The notes: generated from the sequence alone by a model not told the origin. A DNA stretch of 64,000 bases from Methanobacteriota archaeon (GCA_020696385.1 JAEHCQ010000001.1:654770-718769); one strand, 5' to 3'; positions 37,989 to 47,842 are shown, numbered from the stretch's first letter. Made by a program: numbers and translations.

Positions 37989-40342
37989 TGAGTGATGAGA
38001 ATTGTAAAGCAGAAGCGAAATTGATTGGAAACCGGGCTATCGGTTTCCAAACTGGGAACACGGAACATAAATGGGATCTGGACGCGCTGAGAGCCAGCCA
38101 CGTTGTTCTGGCCGAATACGCTTATGAGAAAAAGCCGATAGTCAAGGGCTATGCTGGCCGCACTCTGTATGTGGATCTGACAAAGAAGGAAATTAGAGAA
38201 ATACCAATAACAGAGGACATGAAGAAGAAGTTCACCGGGGGCCGAGGATTCGGTCTCAAGCTCCTCTGGGATTCCATCAACCCCTCAACACGCTGGGACA
38301 GTGATGAGAATGGACTGGTACTGACAGCTGGACCGATGTGCGGTTCCACCCAGTATCCGGGCTTTGGAAAATCACTGGCACTGTCTGTTTCTCCTTCCAC
38401 CGATATCATATGCGATTCCAATGCTGGCGGTTACTTCGCGCCATACATGAAATTTGCTGGCTTTGATGCTGTCCAGATACATGGAAAGGCCGATGAAGAT
38501 GTTATCGTCCTCATCGACGGTGTCGAAGGAAAAGTTCGTATCGAGACCGCACCTGGCGAGGAGACGAACTCCCACGTACTGGCTGAGCAATTGACCCACC
38601 TGTATGCCTTCGAGGATTCCGAGAAGGGCAAGCAGGGAGTGGCTGTCGTATCCGCCGGAACTGGAGCGGAGAACTCCTACTGGGGATGCTTGAACATCTC
38701 ATTTTACGATATCCGAAGAAAAGTAGCCAGGTTGAAGCAACATGGCCGTGGTGGACTGGGAACAGTTCTGAGACACAAGAAGATCAAGGCCGTTGTTTCC
38801 AGGATAGACGAGTTCGATGCCACAACTAACGATGCTGTCGATCTGGATAAAATTGCTGAAATAGGCGCGAACTATCACAAGGAAATGAGGGATCTGGACA
38901 AGGACCAGTGCAATATGAGGACCGTTGGAACCGGCCACCTGGTGGAGATCATGGACGCCTATGACCTTCTACCAACTGAGAATTACAGATTTGGCCAGCA
39001 CCCGAAAGCACCGAAGATATATTCACCTCATTTCTACAAGCTGTGGACCCAGGTGATACCCGATGGCTGCTGGTACGGATGCACGATGGCATGCGCGAAA
39101 GCCGCTGACGGATACACGGTCATGACCGGACCTTACAAGGGTCATAAAGTGACCGTTGACGGTCCAGAGTACGAGACACTGGGCTGTTCAGCCAATATGA
39201 GCATCTGGGATCCACTATGGGTGCTGGAGTTCAACTTCTACTGCGACACATACGGACTGGACACGATCTCAAGTGGAACCGCCATCGCTTTCTACATGGA
39301 GATGTACGAATACGGCATCCTGAACAAGGAAAGATGCGGTGGTCTGGAGCTTTGCTTTGGAAACGCCGATGCGATGATGGAATTACTCCACAGAATGGCC
39401 GCTGGTGATGATGACGAGTTCGTCAAGATCGCTGGAAAGGGCGCACGCCGTGTGAAGGACTGGCTCAAGACCAAGAACTGGGGAGACCAGCAGCTGATCG
39501 AGGATTGCGGTATGGAATCCAAGGGTCTGGAATATTCCGAATACGTTACCAAAGAAAGCTTGGCCATGCAGGGCGGCTACGGTCTTACACTCAAGGGACC
39601 TCAGCACGACGAAGCCTGGCTGATCTTCATGGACATGGTGAACAATCAGATCCCGACCTTCGCTGATAAGGCCGAAGCTCTCCACTATTTCCCGATGTGG
39701 AGAACGTGGTTCGGACTGAACGGATTATGCAAACTACCATGGAACGATGTCGAACCTGAGGACAATGCAAGCACTGGTGAGCCAGCTAAGGTTCCAGGGC
39801 ACGTGCAGAATTATGTCGATATCCAGAACGCGATCACTGGCTGGAACGTGACCAAGGAGGATCTCATTCTGCAAAGCGAGAGAGCGTACAACTGGCAAAG
39901 AGCCATGAATGTCTGGATGGGCCGTGGACGAAGAGCGGACGACTGGATACCATACAGGTCCATGGGACCCGTCACCAGACTGGAATACGTCTCCCGCCAG
40001 GAAATGTACGACAAGCAGATGGTGGAGGACATTGGAGTTCCGGCAGACAGCCTGGAAGCCATGAGCATTGAAGATCGTATGAAGATGATGTACCATTATC
40101 GACAGAACCGTTATCAGAAATTGGCAGACGCGGTTTACTTCCGAAGAGGATGGACACACAATGGTGTGCCGACTGTTCAGAAGATGATCTCACTTGGATT
40201 CGCTGACGAGACCAAGATGCTGGAAATGCTGAAACAGAAGATCGACGAAGATGAAGCAGCTGGCCTGAACAAGTGGGGCGGGGATTACACAGGAGATGAA
40301 AAACCACCGACCGATGATGCGAAGTACTGGGAATCGTGGTAA
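37988..40342 (+). CDS. aor: Tungsten-type aldehyde:ferredoxin oxidoreductase (AOR/WOR family)
   Basis: GGRGFG, DSNAGG.F, GRGGLG, CWYGCTMAC, GPEYET, CDTYGLDTIS, YFRRGW..NGVP. Confidence 0.92.
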   Translation: MSDENCKAEAKLIGNRAIGFQTGNTEHKWDLDALRASHVVLAEYAYEKKPIVKGYAGRTLYVDLTKKEIREIPITEDMKKKFTGGRGFGLKLLWDSINPSTRWDSDENGLVLTAGPMCGSTQYPGFGKSLALSVSPSTDIICDSNAGGYFAPYMKFAGFDAVQIHGKADEDVIVLIDGVEGKVRIETAPGEETNSHVLAEQLTHLYAFEDSEKGKQGVAVVSAGTGAENSYWGCLNISFYDIRRKVARLKQHGRGGLGTVLRHKKIKAVVSRIDEFDATTNDAVDLDKIAEIGANYHKEMRDLDKDQCNMRTVGTGHLVEIMDAYDLLPTENYRFGQHPKAPKIYSPHFYKLWTQVIPDGCWYGCTMACAKAADGYTVMTGPYKGHKVTVDGPEYETLGCSANMSIWDPLWVLEFNFYCDTYGLDTISSGTAIAFYMEMYEYGILNKERCGGLELCFGNADAMMELLHRMAAGDDDEFVKIAGKGARRVKDWLKTKNWGDQQLIEDCGMESKGLEYSEYVTKESLAMQGGYGLTLKGPQHDEAWLIFMDMVNNQIPTFADKAEALHYFPMWRTWFGLNGLCKLPWNDVEPEDNASTGEPAKVPGHVQNYVDIQNAITGWNVTKEDLILQSERAYNWQRAMNVWMGRGRRADDWIPYRSMGPVTRLEYVSRQEMYDKQMVEDIGVPADSLEAMSIEDRMKMMYHYRQNRYQKLADAVYFRRGWTHNGVPTVQKMISLGFADETKMLEMLKQKIDEDEAAGLNKWGGDYTGDEKPPTDDAKYWESW

Positions 40343-40355
40343 GTGTCTGAATAAA

Positions 40356-40381
40356 TGCCAGGCCGATAAAAAAGCCTGGCA
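40356..40381 (+). terminator. Inverted repeat downstream of aor
   Basis: TGCCAGGC-N10-GCCTGGCA followed by a T-rich sequence. Confidence 0.5.
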
Positions 40382-40404
40382 CCTTTAACTTTTTGGGGGA
40401 TAAA

Positions 40405-41148
40405 ATGAAGATATCTATGGAATCAAAAGTAAGTCAAATGTACGCCATGTTCCTGGTCGGCGCAGTCATGGTACTGGCCGCCCTCTGGCTCTTCGCAACC
40501 AGCATGACGGAGATGGTGCCATTCCCTCCAGAGACCACCATGGAGTTCGTCATAATCATCTTCGTCGTTCTGGGAATGAACTTCGGCATATCATCTGGAA
40601 AGAAGCTGGCTTACACCATCCACGATCGTGATATCATTCTGAATCGTGTCGAAGGGCAGGGCAAGGTCACCACCATGCTCGGCAAGATAATGAGCATGCC
40701 GATACTCTTCACAGCCACTACGACGATCATCTGGATCGTGTTCATCATCATCGTCAGCCTTATGAAGAACATCGTGGTGGATTCCGTGATTATCGGGACC
40801 GTGCGGTGGTTGATGATCATTGCGATGATCATACTGATACCCGGTTCCTTCCTCATATACAGAGCCGCGAGCTATGGCAAGCCCCATATGCTGACCTTGA
40901 AAGGAAAGATCATAATGAACAAGAGTAGCAGGGTGGTGGCGGAAGCGATGGAGAAGATCGACCATGTGGAAGACAGGGGAAGGGAGATGGTCCATAATCC
41001 AGGGGATGCTGGCAGGGATCTGTATCACAAGGTGGAAGATACTGGAAGAGACATGATGCATCAAGCCACGGACACTGGTCGGGATATGGCCGAGCGGGTT
41101 GATGATAAAGGGAAAGATGTTTTTGATCGGATACGGAAGAAATTATGA
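40405..41148 (+). CDS. 4-TM membrane protein with C-terminal 11-mer amphipathic repeats
   Basis: Four hydrophobic segments; tail of HVEDRGREMVH / KVEDTGRDMMH-type repeats. Confidence 0.75.
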   Translation: MKISMESKVSQMYAMFLVGAVMVLAALWLFATSMTEMVPFPPETTMEFVIIIFVVLGMNFGISSGKKLAYTIHDRDIILNRVEGQGKVTTMLGKIMSMPILFTATTTIIWIVFIIIVSLMKNIVVDSVIIGTVRWLMIIAMIILIPGSFLIYRAASYGKPHMLTLKGKIIMNKSSRVVAEAMEKIDHVEDRGREMVHNPGDAGRDLYHKVEDTGRDMMHQATDTGRDMAERVDDKGKDVFDRIRKKL

Positions 41149-41215
41149 GAACTGTCCCTCACATCCGCAAAATCCAAAAGCATATTTAACCCAACTATAT
41201 TCACCCCCACTATAG

Positions 41216-41614
41216 GTGAATGATATGGATGAAAAAGTATATGACATGTTCACGCGCAGGGAGATAGATTTCCGCGCACTGGCCAATACATTTCCAGGAA
41301 TTGCAGATTACTTCCGGAGCACACAGCCCGGAAAGATAAACGAGTATGACAACGGTGTGATGAGCACCGTCATCGAGGGACAGGACAAGCCTTCCCCTTC
41401 GACATTCGGATACCTACCGGTCGGTGAGTTCGTCTTCAATGTAGGTGGCAATCAGGAGACCATGCATTTCCTGTACGGGGAGATCACTTGGGGTGTTGGC
41501 AAGGGCGATATCGTGCCAAAACAATACGACACATTGCTGATACCCGCGGGCAAGGATCTAGTGCTTAATGTTAAGAAGCCCACATTGTATGTGTGTGACT
41601 ATCTGAAACAATGA
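41216..41614 (+). CDS. PpnP-like (DUF1255) cupin, putative pyrimidine/purine nucleoside phosphorylase
   Basis: INEYDNGVMS, GEFVF, ETM..LYG and IPAG.DLVL.V..PTLYVCDY resemble the PpnP pattern (NEY..G.V.S, GEY.F, E.M, YLC.Y). Confidence 0.6.
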   Translation: MNDMDEKVYDMFTRREIDFRALANTFPGIADYFRSTQPGKINEYDNGVMSTVIEGQDKPSPSTFGYLPVGEFVFNVGGNQETMHFLYGEITWGVGKGDIVPKQYDTLLIPAGKDLVLNVKKPTLYVCDYLKQ

Positions 41615-42483
41615 AAAGCACATTCATAGCACCCTATTTGCTCTACCTCGAATCAAAGAGGAAGATGCTCGGCACCAAGTTCTTCGCCGAAATCGACGTT
41701 ACTGACAATTGTAATCTCAGATGTAAGCATTGCTATCACTTTCACGGTAAAGATGATTTTAAGGAAGAGGAATTGCCAATAGAACTTTGGAGAGAGCGGT
41801 TGGAAAAGCTTCATAAACAGGGTATCAGGCTTGTTCTGCTTGTCGGTGGAGAGCCCGCCCTAAGGATCGATGTGCTTATGCTGGCTCATGAGATCTTCCC
41901 ATTTGTATATGTCATAACGAATGGGGTGGTATTCATCCCTAAGGAATTCGATCATCTTCTGTACATGTCGATGGACGGCATGCGGGAGACCAATGACACG
42001 ATAAGAGGTCGGGGAACATTCGACAAGATCCTGAAGAATTATTCCGGTGACGAGCGTGTTGCCATAAACATGACGATAACCATGGACAATTACAAGGAAC
42101 TGGAGGATGTGGTCAAACTCTCGAAAGAACATGGTTTCAGAGGGGTTGTTTGTAATATATGTGCTTCAGGAATGGAGACCGATATCCCGATGAATGTCAA
42201 AGCAGATGGTAGGAAACTCATTGTGGACGAGATAAGAAGGGTCAAAGAAGCACATCCCAAGCAGTTCTTGATCAGTGATACGATGATCAAGTGGTATGAA
42301 GTGGCCGATCACCGCTCCAAATGCTACTGGGGTGACGATGTCCTGCATTTTGATGTGAATTGGAAATCCAGACGCTGTTTCGGACCCAATACAGATTGCT
42401 CGAATTGTGGATGCTTGGCTGGTTCTTTCCAGAGCCCGCTTTATATGGCTTTCACGGCCAAGGAATTCAGGAAATTGGTTTGA
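41611..42483 (+). CDS. Radical SAM protein with a C-terminal Cys cluster
   Basis: CNLRCKHC, GGEP, TNG, SMDG; C-terminal C..C..CSNCGC; ATGA overlap with the cupin gene. Confidence 0.88.
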   Translation: MKSTFIAPYLLYLESKRKMLGTKFFAEIDVTDNCNLRCKHCYHFHGKDDFKEEELPIELWRERLEKLHKQGIRLVLLVGGEPALRIDVLMLAHEIFPFVYVITNGVVFIPKEFDHLLYMSMDGMRETNDTIRGRGTFDKILKNYSGDERVAINMTITMDNYKELEDVVKLSKEHGFRGVVCNICASGMETDIPMNVKADGRKLIVDEIRRVKEAHPKQFLISDTMIKWYEVADHRSKCYWGDDVLHFDVNWKSRRCFGPNTDCSNCGCLAGSFQSPLYMAFTAKEFRKLV

Positions 42484-42553
42484 ATTTATTCATAATCATA
42501 TTCATTTCTATTTACAGGGAATTGATATTTATTCTCTGAAATTTTACCGTAGC

Positions 42554-43111
42554 ATGGATATTATGAATGATAATGATGCCTGGATGGCGAAGATAGAAGA
42601 GGATAGGGTCGAGAAGGACGCATGGCTTTCAAAAGATGGCCAGTCTCCAATTCCTCTCATGAAAAGGAAGAAGTTCAAGGGTCTGGAATATTTCACACCA
42701 GATGCTAAATTCACTTTCAAGCTGGAACTTCGGGAGCATGCGGATAAGATCGAGCTCGTGGTCAAGGACTCCAAAGGTAATGATCGGAAGTTCATCGCCT
42801 TTGGAGAATTTGTTTTCAATATCGATGGTGTGGATCACACTCTCCAGGCTTACAAAACAGATGCTGGAGAAAAAAGACTCTTTATTCCTTTCAAGGATGG
42901 AACATCCGGAAAGGAATCATATGGAGCTGGCCGATACCTCGACCTGCAGGAGGAAACTGACCTTTCGGATGGCAAATGGACCCTGGATCTCAATAACGCT
43001 TACAATCCCTGGTGCGCGTACAATCACAATTACGCCTGCCCTTTGGTGCCAGTGGATAACTGCCTGAACGTGAAAATAGAGGCTGGAGAGCGCGACTATT
43101 CCAAATCTTAG
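42554..43111 (+). CDS. DUF1684 family protein
   Basis: LFIPFKD.TSG.ESYGAGRYLD, LD.N.AYNP.CAY...YACP; likely ATG at 42554. Confidence 0.85.
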   Translation: MDIMNDNDAWMAKIEEDRVEKDAWLSKDGQSPIPLMKRKKFKGLEYFTPDAKFTFKLELREHADKIELVVKDSKGNDRKFIAFGEFVFNIDGVDHTLQAYKTDAGEKRLFIPFKDGTSGKESYGAGRYLDLQEETDLSDGKWTLDLNNAYNPWCAYNHNYACPLVPVDNCLNVKIEAGERDYSKS

Positions 43112-43149
43112 ATGTGCAAAATCATAATTATCATAATGCCTTTTACAGA

Positions 43150-46101
43150 ATGATTATCATGGGTCGTTCTACAAGTGGAAAGTATATCATGGGCTTTGTT
43201 TTGACATTGATTATTTTGACAGGTACTATCTTCATGGCCGCGATGCCGGCCAGTTCCATAGTGACTGGGGCTGTCAAGTACTGGGATCTGGATGAGGGAA
43301 GTGGGAATGTGATTTCCGATTCCGTGACCGGGGATCTTGCCTCTGTCAATGGAGCTACCTGGGTGGATGGGTTAACTGGTACTGGGTTGAGCTTCGATGG
43401 TGTGGATGATTATGTCGGTATGTCTGATTCGGTCGATCTAAGGCCAGCGTCCTTGACAGTCTCACTATGGATGAAGATCAATGTCATGAAGGATTGCGGT
43501 CTGGTCATCAAGAGAATGGGAACCACAGGACCTGAGTCCAATTGGCAGGTGGAGATGTTTGCAGACGGGGATCTGAGATTCAGTTATAATGATGGGAGCA
43601 CGTGGAACACGCTGGACACTCACATTCAGCCAATAACCGATACCAACAGATGGTACAATATCGTGATGACATTCGATTCCGGGGAGATCGTCATCTATGT
43701 CGATGGATCGATAAGAAATTCCGGCGGAGGGTTCCCGGCCCTGGATACGACCTACACTGGACAGGTCCAGTTCGGAAGAGGATGGGGAGGATATTTCAAT
43801 GGAGTGATGGACGAAATAACACTTCATGACCGCGCACTATCACAAAGTGAGATAAATGCGGATTTCCAGACCTACACACCTCCAGATTCCGGAACTGGCC
43901 AGACACCTGTGGACAATACTCCAGTTGACCCGGTACCTTCGGGTGAGAGCACACCATACACAGGTGTATTGAAGGTGCATTGGGACTTCGACCACATGCA
44001 GGGCAGTGATGTGCTGGATGTGTCTGGCAATGATAATGATGCTGGAACCTCTGGAGGGGCAGAATTTGGAGAAGGCGTGTTCTGGGATGGCTTCGTCTTC
44101 ACTGGCGAGAACTTCATGGAGGCCTATAACACGGATGATCTGAACATGGAGGCCTTCACTATTGAGTTCTGGCTCAATCCCTCTGAGTATGGGGATCAAA
44201 ATACCAGGGTGATGGAGAAGGGAGGATACCAGGTTGGTGGTGGATTCGGAATAGAGTTCAACCGGTTCGGTAACCACAATATCGGATTCCTTGTCTGGGA
44301 TGGCGCAGATGCCTATGCTGTGGTGTCAGATGGAGAGATACCACTGGATACCTGGACCCATGTCATAGCCAGCTTTGATGGGGAGAATATCAGGCTTTAC
44401 ATAGATGGTGAGGCTCAGGGACAGCCAGTGCCTGCCGCGATGTCAACAAATACAGCCCCCATGTACGTTGGAAGGGCTGGACGAGCCTACACGGATCTTT
44501 TTGTTGGGCAGATGGATGAACTGAAGCTCTGGGAAGGCGGAGTTTCGGACACGGATGTCATCAATATGATGGAAGGTGCCGAGCCGTCCATACAGAATAA
44601 GATAGATGCGGGTATGGAGGACCTGGCTGGCACCTTGCTGAACTCGAAATATTTCTATTATTCAATTGGTGCCATGACACTTCTGTTCTTCACCCTCATA
44701 GCTATACTGACTGCCATTGTCACGAAGAAGGGCAGGCTCATGAACAGATTCAAGGAGGCGAAAGAAGCGGGGTTCAATAAGGAATTCCAACTTGGTGATG
44801 ATGATGAGAATGATGGAAAACATATCGAGGGCCAGGAGCTGCTTGCAGGATGGAAAGAGGCGATTACTTCTTCCAGTGAAGCTGAAAATTTCATCAAGGT
44901 CGAAACTCTGAATGAATACAAAATTCTTGAGACCCGGAAATTCTGGGGCGTGAAGGTGTCTGGAGACAAGGAAACCGAGACCTTCACCACCTCGACAAGG
45001 AAACAGGCTGGCATTGTCCCAAACCTCAATGAAGGCGCTGAGCCACAAACACCCACGGATTACACTAACAATGTGCAGGAATTCGCAGTAGCTGGCGTGG
45101 AAAGGAAATGTACAAATTGTGATGGAGTGGGCGATTTCCATTGTACGACCTGTGATGGAGACTTGAAGGTATCTTGCCCAGACTGTTCCGGGCAGGGTGT
45201 TTCAACATGCAGTAGCTGTAGTGGCAGTGGTGGACACAGATGCTCGTATTGTGATGGTCACGGATCATCCAATTGCTCCGTGTGCGATGGCAATGGAACG
45301 ATTGGAGGAGGCTATGGGGCCACGACCTGGACCACTACGATTGACAATAAAGGTTCACATAGCGAGGCGAATACCAGCTACAGCGAGAAGCAGACATGCT
45401 ATAGCTGTCATGGTTCTGGCAAGTCCAGTTGTTTCCATTGCGATGGGGGCGAGATCACCTGTAGCAAATGCAAAGGCGAGGGAACATTCAATTGCAAGAA
45501 GTGTGAGACCACGGGGATCATCACCTGTCCAACATGCACAGGTACTGGCCGTATGAAATGCAATCACTGTGGGGGATGGACCGTGATAGCGGAAGTGGAC
45601 TACAAAAAATGGACATACGAACACCATAACCTTGAGGGAGTGAACAAGGACATACCATGCGAGATAAAAGAGAAGGAATATCAGGATGATGAACTGGGTT
45701 CCCTGAACTTTGATGATCTGGAGAAGGAAATGCCGGGAACCATCACCGAGAAAGAAAAGGGAATGGGGACGCTGGAATGGGCCAGGAACCAGTATAATTC
45801 CTGGGAGGTCGGTGGAGATAAAATACTCTTTGAAAGATTCAAAGCCCGATTGCTACCAGTAACTGGAATAAAGGTCAAAGCCCCCCCGAGCGGGAAGAAG
45901 AATGAGGATGTTCCGGACTTCTGGCTGTGGACTGTCGGTGGTAGGAGCAAATCGAGGCTATATGCCCATGACACTCCAGCCATCTTCAATACCTCATTCT
46001 CGAAGATAAAGATCATGGGTCTGTTGGTCATACTGGCCGAGCTGGCATTGATGGCTTTATTGATCCTCATGGCCTTTGACATATTCTTACTGCCTTTGTG
46101 A
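43150..46101 (+). CDS. Signal-2xLamG-TM-SSUH2-like Zn-finger protein with C-terminal TM
   Basis: Two LamG-like domains (W.HV..SFDG..I.LY.DG...F.G.MDE), TM at ~44656-44722, twelve CxxC(xGxG) motifs, terminal hydrophobic helix. Confidence 0.85.
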   Translation: MIIMGRSTSGKYIMGFVLTLIILTGTIFMAAMPASSIVTGAVKYWDLDEGSGNVISDSVTGDLASVNGATWVDGLTGTGLSFDGVDDYVGMSDSVDLRPASLTVSLWMKINVMKDCGLVIKRMGTTGPESNWQVEMFADGDLRFSYNDGSTWNTLDTHIQPITDTNRWYNIVMTFDSGEIVIYVDGSIRNSGGGFPALDTTYTGQVQFGRGWGGYFNGVMDEITLHDRALSQSEINADFQTYTPPDSGTGQTPVDNTPVDPVPSGESTPYTGVLKVHWDFDHMQGSDVLDVSGNDNDAGTSGGAEFGEGVFWDGFVFTGENFMEAYNTDDLNMEAFTIEFWLNPSEYGDQNTRVMEKGGYQVGGGFGIEFNRFGNHNIGFLVWDGADAYAVVSDGEIPLDTWTHVIASFDGENIRLYIDGEAQGQPVPAAMSTNTAPMYVGRAGRAYTDLFVGQMDELKLWEGGVSDTDVINMMEGAEPSIQNKIDAGMEDLAGTLLNSKYFYYSIGAMTLLFFTLIAILTAIVTKKGRLMNRFKEAKEAGFNKEFQLGDDDENDGKHIEGQELLAGWKEAITSSSEAENFIKVETLNEYKILETRKFWGVKVSGDKETETFTTSTRKQAGIVPNLNEGAEPQTPTDYTNNVQEFAVAGVERKCTNCDGVGDFHCTTCDGDLKVSCPDCSGQGVSTCSSCSGSGGHRCSYCDGHGSSNCSVCDGNGTIGGGYGATTWTTTIDNKGSHSEANTSYSEKQTCYSCHGSGKSSCFHCDGGEITCSKCKGEGTFNCKKCETTGIITCPTCTGTGRMKCNHCGGWTVIAEVDYKKWTYEHHNLEGVNKDIPCEIKEKEYQDDELGSLNFDDLEKEMPGTITEKEKGMGTLEWARNQYNSWEVGGDKILFERFKARLLPVTGIKVKAPPSGKKNEDVPDFWLWTVGGRSKSRLYAHDTPAIFNTSFSKIKIMGLLVILAELALMALLILMAFDIFLLPL

Positions 46102-46119
46102 TGTGTTAAAAAGAATATA

Positions 46120-47379
46120 TCACACACTCACAGTGCTGGCCTTCCTAACGGCCACCATTGGTAGAAGAGCGATGTATATTATGCCCACAACTGCAAGTGC
46201 CTGGCCAACCCCATATACGTCTGCCAGATATCCTATGAGGGGGGCGAAGACCGCGGTTATCATCGTCTTCACCTGAGATTCCACACTGAGGCCAGTGGCC
46301 ATCACCTTGCTGGGTATGGTGTCGCTGATGTAGCCGACGTTCATCGGCCGCCTTATATTATGGACTATGTAGAGGCCGATAAGAGCGGATATCGCGATAG
46401 GATACCATTTCATGTAGGCGGAAATTCCCGAAATGACAATGAGTGCTCCCCCGATCACGTATGTGACGTTTATCCCTCTGGATACATCGGATAACTTGGA
46501 CGCGATCCTTCCCGCGCTCCTGGACGTGGCGGATGTCATGAGATAGAGGAAGAAGTATGTCAAGCCAACAAGCACTGCCACCCTCTCCTGGTCCACGAGG
46601 TAGAGGAATACTGGCAGGGCGATGGCCTGTGCCTCAAGGATCGGCTGTAAGTATTCCTTGGAAGATCTGAACACGCCTCCAAATACAGACGAGCTCATTA
46701 TGCCACGCATGGCGTTTTTATTTCTGAAAATACCAATGAAGGAATGCCATGTTTCCGAGAAGGACCTTTTCAACCCTTCTCGGGACTTCTCCCTGCCCAT
46801 TGCGATATCCCCATCCAGATAAACCGGATACGAGGCCATCAGAAATAGTTCCATGACATAGGGTATGGTGGATGCCAGGAACACGATCTTGTAATCGCCA
46901 GTGTAGATGACCAGGACGATGGCGATGAGGGCGGACAGCGCGGATCCAAGCTGAGATGCTGATCTCGTTCGCCCATAATATTCCACTTTCTTGTGCGTGA
47001 TCTTCTTTATTTTCAGATAATCAAGTATCATGGCCTTGTGAGTGCCTGACCTGAAGGCTTCTCCAGCAGCGAGGAACACCATGGCCAGTGCGTAGAACCA
47101 GAAGCCGGGGAAGATGTAGAATATGACGAAGGCTCCGAGGCAGAAAGAGAATGAAAGTATCATTGACTTCCGCCTTCCGAAAGTATCTGCCAGGAATCCG
47201 GTTGGCAGTTCGAATATATTTATGAATATCTCACGAATCGCGTACAAAAGACCAATGGATAAAAAGGAGAGGCCAGCATCCATGAAAAATAAGAGGATGA
47301 AGGGGTCGAAAAAACGCAGGTTCTTCAAAAAGCCGTAAAGGCGGAATTTCAAGTACATGCGGTCGCGGGGGATGCCCAT
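46120..47379 (-). CDS. MFS transporter
   Basis: ELPTGFLADTFGRRKS (motif A), FRSGTHKA; about 12 TMs. Confidence 0.88.
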   Translation of the reverse strand: MGIPRDRMYLKFRLYGFLKNLRFFDPFILLFFMDAGLSFLSIGLLYAIREIFINIFELPTGFLADTFGRRKSMILSFSFCLGAFVIFYIFPGFWFYALAMVFLAAGEAFRSGTHKAMILDYLKIKKITHKKVEYYGRTRSASQLGSALSALIAIVLVIYTGDYKIVFLASTIPYVMELFLMASYPVYLDGDIAMGREKSREGLKRSFSETWHSFIGIFRNKNAMRGIMSSSVFGGVFRSSKEYLQPILEAQAIALPVFLYLVDQERVAVLVGLTYFFLYLMTSATSRSAGRIASKLSDVSRGINVTYVIGGALIVISGISAYMKWYPIAISALIGLYIVHNIRRPMNVGYISDTIPSKVMATGLSVESQVKTMITAVFAPLIGYLADVYGVGQALAVVGIIYIALLPMVAVRKASTVSV

Positions 47380-47463
47380 GAGCGTGTATCGACCGGGGAG
47401 TAAATAGAATTTCCTGAGAATATCGGCAAAGGTTTAAGTTCCAAATCCATATAATCTGTTAAT

Positions 47464-47664
47464 ATGACCATAACGGTAAATGGAAATGAGATAGAGTTCG
47501 TGGAGGGTGAGACCATCAGCCAGCTATTGAAACGCATGAACTTCATTTTCCCATTGATCGTGGTCAAGATAGATGGACAGCTGGTGAAAAAACCTGATTT
47601 CGGATCCACGAGCTTTTTAGATGGAGCCAGCATCCAGATGATACACCTGATAAGTGGAGGCTGA
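47464..47664 (+). CDS. ThiS/MoaD/SAMP-type ubiquitin-like sulfur carrier
   Basis: 66 aa, ITVNG...TISQLL, C-terminal GG (HLISGG); TATA box upstream. Confidence 0.88.
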   Translation: MTITVNGNEIEFVEGETISQLLKRMNFIFPLIVVKIDGQLVKKPDFGSTSFLDGASIQMIHLISGG

Positions 47665-47668
47665 TATA

Positions 47669-47842
47669 TTGAATATCGAATTGATAAAAGAAAAACTGAC
47701 AGAAGCGAGTCATGATGGAAAGATCACATGTGCCAAGTGCTTCGCAGTTGGTGAAGAACTGGGTGTTTCGGTCGATGGGTTCGCCCAGATATTGACCGAT
47801 ATGGACATCAGGATAATCAAGTGCCAGTTAGGTTGTTTTTAA
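47669..47842 (+). CDS. Small Cys-containing protein (DGKITC...CQLGCF)
   Basis: GGAGG SD then TTG, 4 nt after the sulfur-carrier stop; conserved-looking C-terminal CQLGCF. Confidence 0.7.
   Translation: MNIELIKEKLTEASHDGKITCAKCFAVGEELGVSVDGFAQILTDMDIRIIKCQLGCF

Noticed and set aside
35560-43111. Pyrrolysine or selenocysteine read-through at stop codons
   Set aside because: The TAG stops I checked (36015, 37533, 43111) end proteins that look complete, two are followed immediately by further stops, and I saw no pyl or sel genes.
43150-46101. DnaJ chaperone
   Set aside because: No J-domain/HPD motif or DnaJ C-terminal domain; only the CxxCxGxG repeats are shared.
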